Source: Vicugna vicugna
Taxonomy: Eukaryota
Direction of reading: 5' to 3'
Length of the DNA stretch: 64,000 nt
Assembly: GCA_013265495.1 (NCBI GenBank)
Contig: MU058584.1
Span: 372,001 to 436,000 of the forward strand
The notes under the pieces were generated by a model that saw only the letters and a program-made list of their open reading frames with translations, did no database searches and was not told the DNA's origin. Shown in pieces: positions 13,230-26,294 of the stretch (position 1 is the stretch's first letter; every line of letters starts with the position of its first letter). The position numbers and the translations under genes were made by a program.

Positions 13230-13550
13230 AATAGATCGTGTACTTTCCTACCTCTGAGTCTTCTCTCATGTTTTTCCTGCTTGGAATGTCTTCTCTTTCC
13301 ACTTCTATATATCTATTTATCCTACTAGGCTCAGCTCAAATGCTGTGTCCTCTGAAGCTGTCCCTGACCTCTGCTTCATTGGCAAATTGTATAGTTCTCT
13401 TAGAGCCCTTACTACATGAATGCTGGTCTTCATAAGGCTATGAACTCCTTGAGGTTGGTGACTCCATTTCGTGAAACTCTTCTCTTTCTTGGTAAGCCTG
13501 TGCTGGGCCCACAGCAGACACTTACTGTGTGTTGAAGAAAATGAATAAAT
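13230..13550 (+). mobile_element. L2 LINE 3' fragment
   Basis: cctgcttggaatgtcttctc...ggctcagctcaaatg...tatgaactccttgagg...gtgtgttgaagaaaatgaataaat. Confidence 0.6.
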
Positions 13551-13731
13551 CCAAATCTTTCCTAGCTACCCGAGCACCGCTAAGTCTTGCTCCAACCTCT
13601 CGAGGACTCTTTGCCCCACTCTTCTTGAACCAGGCAGTGTTTAGTGAGCTTATGAGGACACTGAACATAATGTCCTACATGTATTTTCCATGATTTGATT
13701 TATGCATATTAATTTTTTCCATGTCAATTGT

Positions 13732-13891
13732 TTTTTAAATTTTTAAGTTTTTTATTGAGTTAAGGTCAGTTTACAATGTTGTGTCAGTTTCTGGTTTACA
13801 GCCCAATTCTTCAGTCATACATGAGTATACATATATTCATTTTCATGTTCTTTTTCACCATGAGTTACTACAAGATATTGAATATATTTTT
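13732..13891 (-). mobile_element. Short 5'-truncated lineage-type L1 3' end
   Basis: ttttattgagttaaggtcagtttacaatgttgtgtcagtttctggt...gagttactacaagatattgaatat. Probable TSD catgtcaattgt (13720-13731) / catgtaaattgt (13892-13903). Confidence 0.85.
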
Positions 13892-14164
13892 CATGTAAAT
13901 TGTAAGTCCCTTGGGGATAGGGACCTCCCTCTACCCCCCCACCCCAACCCCCAGTGATGAAATGCTTAAGAAATTCCTTGGGCTTAAATATGTACTTTAC
14001 TTGATGGTTGAGTTGTTGCATATAGCCTTTCAGTAGGGGAAATGCTGTGCTGGACTTTTTGTATCTCAGTACCAAATTTAGTCTTACAGAGTAGAAGTAA
14101 CAACTGCTACCAGTCATTGAGCTCTTGTTCTAGGAACTTTACAACTCTTTCTGATAATGGCTAT

Positions 14165-14300
14165 AATAACAATAGCCCTATAAGGGAGGTGGCTTTTTCT
14201 CCCTTTTGCAAGTGAGAAAACAAAAGCACAGAATATCTGGTCCAAGGTCTCTCAGCCTGTCAGTGGCAGAGCTGGTATTTGAACCCAGGTCTTTCTGACT
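14165..14300 (-). mobile_element. MIR SINE
   Basis: ccttttgcaagtgagaaaacaaaagcacaga...ccaaggtctctcagc...agtggcagagctggtatttgaacccaggtctttctgact. Confidence 0.75.
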
Positions 14301-15554
14301 TTTGGGGCCACAATACTCAATAACAAATACGTGTTGGGTGAGTTTTATTCCTCCTACAGAATTGATTGTGGTGCTTTATACCTGGTAGATACTTACCACT
14401 TACTCTTTGAGAGCTGTTTGCCAGCTTTGGTTTTACAGGTGGTAAGTATTCACCTGACCTCTATTTCTCAGGCAATATCCACACGATTTCTGGTACTTAC
14501 TAAAAGCCCTGTTCTCACGAAGAATAGGAGGCACAGACCATCTCTGCTGTGGTTTACATCCGGGTGTGGTGCTGTCCAAGGCAGGGAAGAGATCTTTCCA
14601 GAGGTTCCCTTTCTGTTGAGCAGACTGAGATCTTTGAGAGATCATCTAGTCCAGAATCTTCAAAAGAGGCTTTGCAGTCAGCTTAACTAGGGAGGTACCA
14701 CATCCGTTTTATTAGAGTAATAAGCCCAGCCCTTGTGCAGTGTCCAGTGTGTGCCATAACATTTGTTGGATCATCAGAATCACCTAAAGAATTAAAAAAC
14801 AATATTGATTCTCAGGAGTCACTCTAGGCCTAACAGATAAAAAATTTTCTTGATTGGGATCATATAGGTTTGATAGTCCATGTCTGACATCTACAAATGT
14901 AGCCCATCTCCACCTTTCAATAGATAAAAGAAAATTAAGACTTAGGGGAACGTGTGTGGGAAAAAGAATCGAGAATGAAGCAGAAATGCTTTCCCATTTT
15001 CTTACCGTTTCTGCAACCAGAGGAGTTTCCCCTTCAGATTTCTGTGGTGGGGGTCAGTGAATATATCGGGAAGCATGTGCCTTCAGGACGTGTGTGTATT
15101 TTGTATTTGGTTGAACACTTGTGATATGCTAGGTGCTAGGTGTGGGAATTCAAGAGGCCTTTGGTCTTGAGGGCTCTCAGTGCAGTGCAGAAGCAGATAT
15201 ATAAGCAAATAACTTTATTAAGATGCTGCTGGTTCCCTGACAAGTGACAGGGCACAGTAGGGCATCAAGGGGAGCACAGTAGGACACATTAGGGGCTTCA
15301 TTATATCGACTATTGAGGTAGATGGGCCAGAAACAGTTAAGTCTGTGATTTCTAATTTAGATTGTACTTTGGATCAGCCTGTTTACCAATGTCCTTGCAG
15401 GGACATTTCCCTGGGAGGTTGGAAAGGATTCAGAGGTGATTTGATTTAGCTGCTGTCCAAGCACAGCAGAAACAGCCTTTTTGATGGGCCTCTTAGACTG
15501 TTCTGTGGAGTCTAATGTTATCAGTGGCATCTTTTCTTGATTGTGATTAAGATA

Positions 15555-15760
15555 GAGGTGGGAAAAGCACCAGGAAGGGAGTCAGAATCTCTGACTCTTC
15601 ATTCTTGTGTTGCTGTGAAACTCTGGGCAGGTATTCACATTTCCCCAATCCTCAGGCTTCTCACCTGTGAAATAGCAGTAGCAATGTTGTCTGCTTGTGT
15701 TGTAAGATTATCACCAGGATCAAATAAGATAACGTGTGAAAATGCTTTGAAAACTGTAAG
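15555..15760 (+). mobile_element. MIR SINE
   Basis: ggagtcaga...cctcaggcttctcacctgtgaaatag...gttgtaagatta...aataagataacgtgtgaaaatgcttt. Confidence 0.7.
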
Positions 15761-18700
15761 CTGCACAGTGCAGTCCTATTGAGAAGTCTAATTTGGCGGC
15801 AATGGCATGTGTGTGTGTCCCAGACACGTTGACCCCAGAGTGTGTGGAAGGATGGGCTGAGACTATCTGATCATGGTGGAAGATGGTGAGAAGTTTAAAG
15901 GTACCCGGGGAGGGAGAAGGTTATGGGACACCTGACTTAGCCAAGGGTGTACTACTCAAACACAGTGCTCCTGTAGCAGAAAGTCATGGCATCCACAGAC
16001 TTTTTGGAAAAGGGAAATATATTGGAGAAAGGGCAGGTCACACATGCCTGCCCAAACAAGGGAATCCATGGCAAGCTCATGATGGGAAATAAGGGTGGAT
16101 GGATGCGAAGTGATGCTACTGTGTGAAATCATTTTCTGTCCACCTTGATCAGATCATAGGAGAAGTGACCTTGGAAGAGAGAAATCAAGGGAAAAATGTA
16201 GAGATTCCTCCCTGAGCTTCGGAAGTAGTGAAACACACGAGAATTGCCTTTGGACAGATGAGGTGAGGTCAGAGGAATGAGATGATATTTTAATAATAGA
16301 ACTAAATGATTGTTCGACTTAATCTCAGCTCAATAAAGGAATATGGGAAGTAGTGCTAAGTGTGTTCTGAAACTGATATTGGTATAAAATATTCTGATGA
16401 TGACGTAATAAGAATCCAGAACAGAGCTTCCCAGCCCACATGTCTCTATGTTGATTCCGTCAGTCCTGTGGGCCACTGAGTGGCTTCTCCTGGGTTTCAG
16501 ACCCCTTCAGTTTACCCCAGTTACAGTGCTCTGGGTGCTATGATGGGGCAAAGATCTGCTTTCTGAAGCCAGAGCTCTCTTCTTGTGAAGATTCCCGGCT
16601 TTACTTGAATGTGCCCTGGCTTCCTTGTTTGTTCTGGCTGGTCTTTCTGAACTGTGGGCTTTTTTTTTTTTTTAATCTTTTCCTTTGTGGTCTCTTTTGA
16701 CTTGGCACCTGAGTGAAAGTTTGATGTCAGCAAGACCCAGCGACGGTCATTGATGGAATATCACTATGTCACATGTTGGCTGAAATGTCGGGGTCTGTTG
16801 CTTCAGTTCCATCTGAGTTCATTCTCTGGCAGCGATTTACTGAAAATATTCTCCAGATGTGTTCTTACTATGCTAGCCCACTTAATCTCTCTGTGTTCTT
16901 GATGTTTGAGCTTAGACACTTTGAATTAAATTCTAACTGCAAAGGTAGGTCATTGCTTTATCAGATGCCCTTTATTTGGTTTCACTTTCCTAACTCACCA
17001 TAGGAGACCTTTCAATCTCACCAAACATTTTGGCATATTTTAGCCTGCAATTATTCCTTATCTATCTTATCCATTCTTGATAATAGCACCAATTCTAGTA
17101 GGTTTCATACCCCTCTTGGTTACTATTGTGCCTGAACCCAGAGACCATTTATAGTTTTCTCTAAAAGTCTGTCAATGAGGTCATACTATCTTCCTATTTA
17201 ATCATTCTGAAAGGATGATATTTTATATGAAGTAGGTTTTAGAACAATGTCTCCTTTTTATAATCTGGAAGCAGTGTAAATTATTGATGTTTACTATTCC
17301 GTCTCTTATGTGGTAGATTAATCTGTACAATTTTTGTTATCGAGTGACTCATGTTGCTAGCATTCTGCTGTGGCAATGGGTGGTCTTTAGCAATTTTATT
17401 GGACTGTTATATAAAACACTGTCAAAGAAATATGTTAGAACTGGTATTTATTGCCTTAATCTTGTTTGCTTTGAGAAGTTGCTAACTAGATGTTTTCTCC
17501 AGCTTTTCCTTAATTGCGGTGTAGTTAATTCCTCTCAATTGCAGGAAACCAAGGTGTTTGTGGATTGTTATTATTTTTGCAGTCAGTAGAACTAATCAGC
17601 ACTCACTGGGTGCCAAGAACGTGCTTGGCGTTAAGTACACCATAGAAGCAGATCTACTTCCTGCCCCATGAACTTGATATAAAATGAACTGGGCAGGGAG
17701 GAGGGAAGGAAGAGAAGACATTTTTCACAAAATTGTGTTGCTCTAAAAGGGAGAGAAAATGAATTCAGTTCAAAAGGACACCTTTGGAATTTGACTGAGT
17801 GGGATAAAACACAGGTGACAGCCATCAAGTCAGCATTTATGCTAAATTACACAGATCTGAGGAGTGAGTCATAGCAGGCGCAGGTATAATGGGTAACATA
17901 TCTCAAAGCAAAACTGCGGTGGTGTAAGTGAGGGAGGAGAGGTAGGAGAGTGGGCAGAAAGTGGGAATGCAGTCGGTAAAAGGCTAAAGGAAGCTGAAAG
18001 GAATCCTGAAAACCATCCTGGATTCGTCCCCGTTCCCAGCGGCCACATCTGTTGAGGTTCCAGGCCCGGTGCCTACTACCTCTCGGGTATCCCCTCCCCT
18101 TTCCCCGACACTGTTGCTCTGGTTCTGGTCCTCCTTATCTCTCACTGGTCTCTCCTCTTGCCCCCTCCAGTCTGTCATCCATAAATCTGACCAAAGTTTG
18201 CTGTGTAGAATCCTTAGGTCTTGGGGCTAGAGGACGTGTAGCATCTGACAGGCCCTGGGCCACGCTGGGTTCCCTCTGCGTGCTGGTGCTGTTGTCAGGA
18301 ACAGGCCCTCTCCTCACTTTCCATCTGACAGCAGCTACTCATCCCTCAAGTTCTGTCTGTTTTGTGAAGACTGCAGACCTGCACCCAATCAACTTCGGTG
18401 TTTTTTCGTCTGTGCTTCTACTGTGCTTTATAGATATAACCTTATTATAGTGGTGACCTTAGCACGTTGTCTTGTTAAAGCATGTATCTGTCTTTTATGT
18501 GTACTGCTAGTTCTTAGAAGACAGATGTCATTGTCTTTTAGTTTTTATGTCCTCGGTGGTAATGTCTGATGGCTGACAGAAGGACTGGCTGGGTCACGTT
18601 GGGCTGTGAGCTCTTCAAGGACAGTGTGTGTGCTGAGTATCCGAAAAGGCTTTGACTCATATATTGCAAGGAGAAGAGACAGGCTCTTGGAATCGTGGGA

Positions 18701-21362
18701 AGATGAGTTTCTTTCTCATTCTGGAAGATTTCCAGTCCTGGAGGATGGGAACAGTTGGTACAAATGTCCTGAATTTGTTGATATGATCGTGATGGGGGGA
18801 CACCTGTTCTGTCTGCAGAGCTGGCAATTACTTTGGACTCGGAGAAGCGGAAGCCTTCTACATCTCCCAAGGGGACTGCCAGGTCTTTGTGGGGAGGTGG
18901 CAGACCCAGGTTTACTTTGTAACTTGGCAATTACTGTCACCATCTGGGGACCTGCCTTAAAGCATGAGGGTAGCTGGGACACCTCTGACCTCTGTGGAAA
19001 CTCAAGGAGGATAGCTGAATTTCAAGACCAACAGTGGCAAGCAGGCAGACCTGCCTTCTAAAACACCGAAGGCTTCATCTTAAATGAACTTTGTGCATTT
19101 AGTGGACCGCAGTGTTGTTTGACTTGTCCATGTTTCTTAAATTTGTCTAGGAAATAGAATATTTTAAATTGACTCTCTTTTGAAGTGGCAACTCTGAACA
19201 TTTTTTTATTTATTTAAAACCTGTTTTATATTCACCTCTTGTGTGTATATAATGACTGTTAGGTCTTATAGGAGGTATGATTTAGGTACATGACACTATC
19301 TGGGATGCTAAGATTCTGGGAGTCCAGTGAAAGCTCTGTTTTGTGAGTGAAAGGGAGTACTATAAAAATGGATTCAACAAATGCTACAGATCTTCAGAGG
19401 AGGGAAATATTGCTGTGAGCTGGAGAGTTCAGGGAATGCCGCATAGGGAACAAAATGAGGTTTGAGCTGTATCTTGAAGGTGAGTGGAATTCGAAGAGGT
19501 GTAGCAGAGGAGAGGTGATTCCAGGGTGGGATAAGAGCATGCACAAAGCCAACCAGATGGGGATCCTTCATTTAATATTTTTAAGATTTACAGTGTTGAC
19601 TTGACCAAGTATTTAATCATAGAAATCTGGGCTCATGACCCCCATCCCCACCCTCTTTGTCTTATTTTTATCTAACCTCTTCTAATTCTTTGAATACCTA
19701 CCAGGTAGCCAGCACTGGGCTGAATGCAAATGCAAGACAAAGCCCTTTTCCGTACTGAGCTTCAGTCTTGCACTCTATCCTACTAAAAAATAGAACCAAC
19801 AGCAGTTTTTGAAATGGAAATGTCAAATTATAACCTCAGATTCTGTCTTCCTGGTGTGACACTCCGGGCTTGCTCTCTTTCTCCAGTTGCTTTCCAGATG
19901 TGTTTCTTTTCTTCCATGCTGCAGAGGTGGGTAAATGGCTACTCCTTACCTCTTACAGATGGGAAATTTGGTGTCAGATTATTTGCCAACGTTCAGGGAG
20001 ACAAGCTGGTGGAAGAACCATAGTAAGAATGTTGTTTTCGTGTCTTTCCTTTTTTGTTAATTGCTTCTCAGCTGGCATAGCAGGAAGGGAGCTGCCTTTG
20101 AGCAGATGGAGGTGCCTCTTGGCCTTTCTGGGAGGAGTACTGCCCTTCTGAACGTAGCTTGGGACTTAAAGAAGAGGCAGATTGTGTCAGGCCAGCCAGA
20201 GTGCAGGTCGCAGCGCAGCAGCTCTGGGCTGCAGTGGAGGAAATGGTGCCTTGGACTTCAGCACAAGGATTCTGGTCAACTTAGGACCAGATCTCTGAAT
20301 CTCCGTCCTACTGTCAGTGCCCCCACCAGCCTCGGTTTTGGTGATAGAAGTGGGAGCTGAGAGTTAAGAGTCCATCTTCCTTTGCTCCTCTGACTTCGTC
20401 GTTGAGAGATGCTCTGCCCCAGATTAGGAGGCACGGCACGATTTGCACTTTACACAGCCCCCTGCAGCAGTGCCACTTCTGGACACTTTCTGTCCTTGTA
20501 TCTTCCCCTGGTCAGTTGCAGCCTCTCAGCCGCATTCAGATTCTGAGCCATTCCTGCTACCCCCCACTGCCGTTTGTCTGTCCCCCTGCACTTCTGCAAT
20601 GCTATTGATTTGCCATTTGCATGCATTTTAACTGGATTTGGGTTGATGTGTGCTTCTGGATGCTTTTCTATCTATCGATCTGATTTAATGGTACCCATCA
20701 CCACAACTTCTAGGAGTGCTTTCTGGGAACAACAGCACAGTGTGTTTTTTGGTTTAGAGCCAAGGCAGTCCAGTGACTAAGAGGCACTGGAGGTAAAGCA
20801 CAGAGCTCTGTTTTCTTTTTAGAAGTCTGTGTAGGAGAACCTTTCCCTGCCCTTTTTTTGCTTTATTTCGAAATCCATTTTTCCCCTTATTCAGTTGCCT
20901 GCCCCTCATTCTGCTGTTCATTAATTAAAAGCCCATGCCTTCTCCCCACTGTGGTTGCTCAGCACCTCTCCTGTGCCTTAACATATGCACATGGGTTCAC
21001 ATGCACACATACTTCTGACTTAGTGTGGTGTCACATACACAGGCTGGGCACTTCTCTTAGGGTCGCTCAGGTTCCTCCCCATCTGTGAATCCACAGAGAG
21101 AGTACCCTCCTTAGCTAAAAGAAAGTTAACAACAGCTGTGAGTTGGCCTGGAGCGTGCATCCGAGCACGTGTAGGTCTGTGAGAGAGAGGATCTGCACGT
21201 ATAAGAGGGGAGTGCTGGTGTGCTTAGTGGAGCCGTTGTCTGCTCCTGGTGTCACATATAACCTGGTGGAACAGGATGCATTGGATAACTCCTTCAGGTT
21301 TTCTTTGAATACATAAGGTATTCATTTGGTAAATAACTCTGGCTGATATGACAAATATACTC

Positions 21363-21880
21363 TGTGTGTTAATAGCCGATTGCTTTAGCAGCTTAAAACC
21401 ATCATCATTAATTGTATCACTTAATTTCTGTGTGTCAAGTTTTTAGGTGCATCTTAGCTGGTGGTTCTTGCACAAAGTCTCTTAGGAAATTGCAGTCAAG
21501 TCACTGGCTGGGGATGTGATCATCTGAAGATCTGACTAGGCTGGAGGGTCCAATTTTAAGACGGCTTACTTGTGTGGCTGGAAAATTAGAGCTGGCTGTT
21601 GGCAGGAGGCCTTAGTTCCTTGGCTCATGGACCTGCCCATAGAGCTGTTTGGGTGTCTTCACAGTATGACATTTGGCTTCCCCCAGAGCAAGTGAACTGA
21701 GAGAGAGAGGTGGAAGCTGTAATGTCTTTAAACCCTAGCTACAGAATTCAACCCAGTCATTTCCATAATATGTTACTTAGATATCTTGAAATGTATTCAC
21801 ACCTGATAGGAACTACACAGGGCTGTGATTATCAGGAGGTTGAGAGTCATTTAGTGCCATCTTGGAGGCTGGCTACCACA
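21363..21880 (-). mobile_element. MLT1 (MaLR) solo LTR, MLT1F/G/H-like
   Basis: ttagcagcttaaaac...cttagctggtggttct...catctgaagatctgactaggctggaggg...gctggctgttggcaggaggcctta...ggctggctaccaca. Confidence 0.75.
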
Positions 21881-22236
21881 CACCAAAATCTCAGTGGCTT
21901 TTCTCTGTGAGTTTTTCTTACTTCACAGTCCTTTGTGGGGAAGGGGGCTTAGTTACGTGCAGTTGTTTTGGGACCTAGATCCTTTCCATCTTGTTGGTCT
22001 AGCCTCCTCTAGGGCCTCGGTGTCCTCCAGTCATCTGAGAATGAGAAAGACAGCAAGGATTTAACTGTGGGAGTTGTTTTTAATAATCAGGCTTGGTGGT
22101 GGTGAACATCAGTTCTGTTCACATTTCATCAGCCAGAACCCACAGGATCTCATGAGGGAGGCTGGAAAATGTCACCAAGTGTGTGTTCTCAGCAAGGCAA
22201 GAGGAGCAAGGATACTGACCTAGTGATTTCCATCAC
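21881..22236 (-). mobile_element. Older MLT1 (MLT1J/K-like) LTR fragment
   Basis: ccaaaatctcagtggctt...ggacctagatcctttccatcttgt...ggaggctggaaaatgt. Confidence 0.5.
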
Positions 22237-22479
22237 ATTTCATCAAGTCATAAAGCCTGTGATAAAGGCTCTGTGTCCTTCAAGAAGGACAAATATCAAC
22301 TGAGTAGACTGGTGGTGCCAATCACCAGCCAGTCAGCAAATCCTCATGCATTCCCTGACAGCGTTTTTCACCCCCAGCGTGATTGGACTGGCTGTGGTCG
22401 GGCAGCTGGGCAGTTAGCCCAAGGAGGGATGGGGAGCCGTGATGTCTCAAGCATTTCCAGGTTCTTCATAGAAGAACTT

Positions 22480-22670
22480 CCGCTTAGTGAGGTGCTCTGT
22501 GTGCTTTATGTATGTCATCTTATTTAATTTTCACATCAAACCCTCCACAGAGGTATCATCTCCATTTTACAGATAAGGAAATTGAGGCTCAGTGAGGGTA
22601 ACTGATTCTTCTGAGACCTCCATGGTCAATATGTAGCAATGTTGAAATTTAGACCCTTTCCACTCCACCA
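22480..22670 (-). mobile_element. MIR SINE
   Basis: tcatcttatttaattttcac...ctccattttacagataaggaaattgaggctcagtgaggg. Confidence 0.75.
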
Positions 22671-24536
22671 GTCCTGTGGGCTATCCCTAAATGGAAACCA
22701 ATGGCGCTAACAGGCTAGTGATGCTTTACAGTGACAGTCGTGGGCCTTGGCATCTTGAGAATGGCCTCTTCCTTTTCAGGAGAGAAGTGATGTCCAAAGA
22801 CAATCCCCCAACCAGAGCACATTGCTCTGCATCCTAGGAGCAGGTAGGGCTCTAGAAAGGTACAGAAGAGTCTGTGGTCCCCAGGCCAGAAAGTCTGGTA
22901 CTTTGGTTTGAAGTCCCACCTTCTCCCTCTGATTGTACCTGCTCCTATCCTAGTGGGTAGGGACCTGGCGCCACATTACCCACGTGTTATGGCAATATCA
23001 CCTCTTGCTCTTGTAGGGCTTCCTACTTTTTCAAGATACATTCACATTGATCACTCTACAAGGGTAGGGAGGGCAGGTATTTTTACTCATGTTTAGGGAG
23101 GCTGCGGCCCGCAGGGGTTAGTGTATCCTTCTGTTGGGCAGTGGAGCAGTGGTGATGATGGGGTATGTGGTTTCCCTTGGGTTTGGTTTTGTAAATGTGG
23201 GAAGAGTGGCTCCAGAGGATAAGAATTTGTGGTAATGAACTGAGGGGGTTTATAGTTCTTGGAATTTGTACAGAAATGCATGCATTGATATTAATATGTA
23301 GTTATTCATAATTGTGTTATACCTTTGAATAGCATTTTATTTTGCCCGTTTGTCTCCCCCAATCCATCCTGGGCAGATGATGGAGTGAGCGTGGAGGAGC
23401 TGGCATGGCTGTGTGTCACTTTTCAGAGGGCATCCTTATAACTCTGGCGAGATGGGGCCTGACACCTGGGATCCTGCCTGCCTGGGAGACATCCCAAGGG
23501 ACTGGTCTTGTTCCCTCAGCACCTATTTCTTCCTTCCTTTTCTGTAGCTTTACCCAGGACTGGAGGCGTTAAGAAGGCCCTTCCCTAAGAGAGGTCGTGT
23601 GCTTAGCAGGCAAGGCTGCTAGCATCTACAGCACTCTTGGTAGTCAGGAGTGTGTCACTGTTTTGCTAGGGAAACCAGGGTGGAGGGGAGGGGACACTGC
23701 AAACAACCAGGAAGGGGGATTGTCCAGGATTTGGAGTTTTCAATGCTAAGACCAGGACAGCGCCAGGCAGACTGACATGGCTGGTCACTCAGGTTGGCCT
23801 TCACCCCTTCTTCCCTTGCTCCTTTCCCCTGCTCCTCAAGGAACCTCATGGCTCATGACAGGTGAGTATATGTCAGAAGACTCCTTTGTGGGTGAGGGCC
23901 CTGGTTCAAGATGCAGCATCTCCTCTGTCCCAGGGACTGCCTCTCAGCCTATCCTGGCTTTTGACCTTATCCCCTTCAGGGTTCTCTTCTCTGAACCTTC
24001 CAGAACTACAGAGATCTCTCAGCGACATCTAGACGGTTTGGGAAGTCATGTTGTCTCAAGCATTTCCAGGCTCTTCCATAGCTCTGTGCTATGTAAGGTG
24101 AATCTTTTATACCTCTCCATAAAAAATCTTGATTAAAATACTAATTTCTCCTTAAAATGTTTGTTTTTCAGACAAATCTGAACCCTTGTGCTCTGGTGGC
24201 ATTCCAAAGTGGGACGCAAGCAGTGTGGTTTGAGGTTCAGGTTTTAGGCCAGGTTTCTTACTTTTGTGAAGAATTTCTCTCTGTCCTACAGATGACCTTT
24301 GCCTGCAACCCCTTCTGTCCATGCCCTCGACCACTTCCTTTTCTCTAACCTAACTCTTCTGGTATTCATTCAAGGCCCTCCAGACAATCATTTCCAGACT
24401 TAGTTCTTTATTAGGATACAGCTTGGTCATTCCTTGTTATCTTTTTTTCTCCCTTATAGTCTTTTTTATTCTTGCCTCCCTGATCTTTGGCAAATAAAAA
24501 GTGTTCTGTAATTTTTTCATAAAGAAGGGCATGGAG

Positions 24537-24677
24537 GGAGAGGGTATAGCTCAAGTGGTAGAGTGCGTGCTTAGCATGCACAAGGTCCTTGGTTCAATCC
24601 CCAGTACCTCCTCTAAAAATAAACTTAATTACCTCCCTCCCCCAAAATAAATGAATAAATAAACAAATACTTAAAAA
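24537..24677 (+). mobile_element. Camelid tRNA-Ala-derived SINE (vic-1 type)
   Basis: tRNA-Ala(AGC)-like head GGAGAGGGTATAGCTCAAGTGGTAGAGTGCGTGCTTAGCATGCACAAGGTCCTTGGTTCAATCCCCAGTACCTCC. A box at 24547-24558, B box at 24591-24600, A-rich tail. TSD aaagaagggcatggag (24521-24536) / aaagaaaggaatggag (24678-24693). Confidence 0.9.
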
Positions 24678-24699
24678 AAAGAAAGGAATGGAGCTCTGA

Positions 24700-24860
24700 T
24701 GAGATACCGTGTGCTTTTCATATATGGTCTCATTTAATTCCCATGATTACCCTGCAGGGTTCTACCTCACAGATGAAGAAGAGAAGGCACAGAGAGGTTG
24801 CCCAGCTGGTTGAAATTCATAGAGCTGCTTAAAAGTGGCAGAGCTGGGGTTGGGACTGCC
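24700..24860 (-). mobile_element. MIR SINE
   Basis: tctcatttaattccc...cacagatgaagaagagaaggcacagagaggtt...agtggcagagctgggg. Confidence 0.65.
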
Positions 24861-26294
24861 AAGCCTTTTCATTTGATTCTGTCATACTGTTGTTATTAGA
24901 ATATTGGCTTGGAAGCCAGGACACCTGGGTCATAGTCTCATCTGGACTCTGTAACTGGGTGACCGTGAGCAAAACACTTGGTTATTGGACATCATTGTGC
25001 TATCTTGTTGGAGTAAAACAGAAAGTGGGATTGAAAGACTTTGGGGCTGCCTTCCAGTGCAGATGTCTCTCTCCCATCATTTCCACTCTCTGGGAAATTC
25101 TGTCTTCCAAGTCCATGTGTGACCCCATTTCTGCCTCTTCTCTCAGGATGCCCTTGTAGACCCTTCTCTTTGATTGGACTTCTTTGATTATCCTTGTGGC
25201 TTTTTTTACCCTCTTTCCCTCCACTTTATGGAGAGAGGAATTGTTACTATGACTTTGAATTCCTCAGAATTCCTGCTTCCCACAGCTTACCTAGATTACC
25301 GCATCTGAAAAATCTTTGCAAAAATATTTGCTGTTTTGTAGTAGTAAGTAGTGGTGGTGGGAATGCTGCTTAGTTACTCTGAGATGAGAACTGTGGGGTG
25401 GATCACCGTGGGAAGTTAGGTAATACAATGGAGGCCCAACAGTCTGGGACTGCCTGAAAGTAGGTAAAGAACTGAATAACATCTTAAAGAGTCTCACTTA
25501 ACAACAGGAAAAGCTACTATTAGTTCGTTTTTGTTTGACGGGTAAGGCTTTATGCTGGGTGTTGAGGATACAGTGGTGACAACTACATGATACCTGGTTA
25601 TTACAGCCCAGTTAGGGGAGGCAAAGTTAATCTAAGAAGCAATTCTAGACTCACAACTTTGATAAGTGACATCAAGTGTAATGGAGAACTAACCTAAACA
25701 GGGAGCTGAAGGAAGATGTAAGTGTCAAGCGCTTTGTATACATTATCTCATTTAGTCTTTACAGTGGCTCTGTAAAGAGGGTAGTCTGTTTCCCATTTTA
25801 TAGAAGAAGAAACTGAAGTTCACATTTCAGCCCAGATCTGACTCTGAAGCCCAGGTTCTTTGTGCTACATACTTCGTTACCTTCCTTAAGAGCCTTTAAT
25901 CTCAGCCTCTGTAATTCTCTGTGCAGGGCTGTCACTTACATTTGGGCAGAATAGACGGAAGCTTCTATGTTGTGATTTGAAGGCTATAGTTAGTTGAAAG
26001 ACATCTCTGTCACCAAATATCCTCTCCACTGATCTGATACTCAGTGCTAGAAACTCTGATGGCCAGTGAATAGCCTCTGAGAATGTTTGGTTTTCAGGAC
26101 ACACATAAGATATGAGCGTGTCATCTGGCTGGGCTAGTAAATTAGGACGTTTGCTGCCAGTGTTGTCCTAACGTGGACTAGTTTGTCTAGTTAGTTAGCT
26201 GTGTGTAGAATGGATAGAGGCTGAGGACATGGAACACAGACAGGGAAGTTTTTTTTCTTTAGTGATAATATACTTTTATTTTTTCCAATTTTTT

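Noticed and set aside
15860..16420. Purine-rich stretch that might be an ancient CR1/L3 or pseudogene remnant
   Set aside because: I could not recover a recognisable protein motif in any frame; it would need a Dfam or tBLASTx search.
24537..24612. Possible tRNA-Ala(AGC) gene
   Set aside because: Imperfect stems (for example CCTTG/CCCAG in the T arm), no oligo-T terminator, and an A-rich tail with TSD show it is a SINE head.
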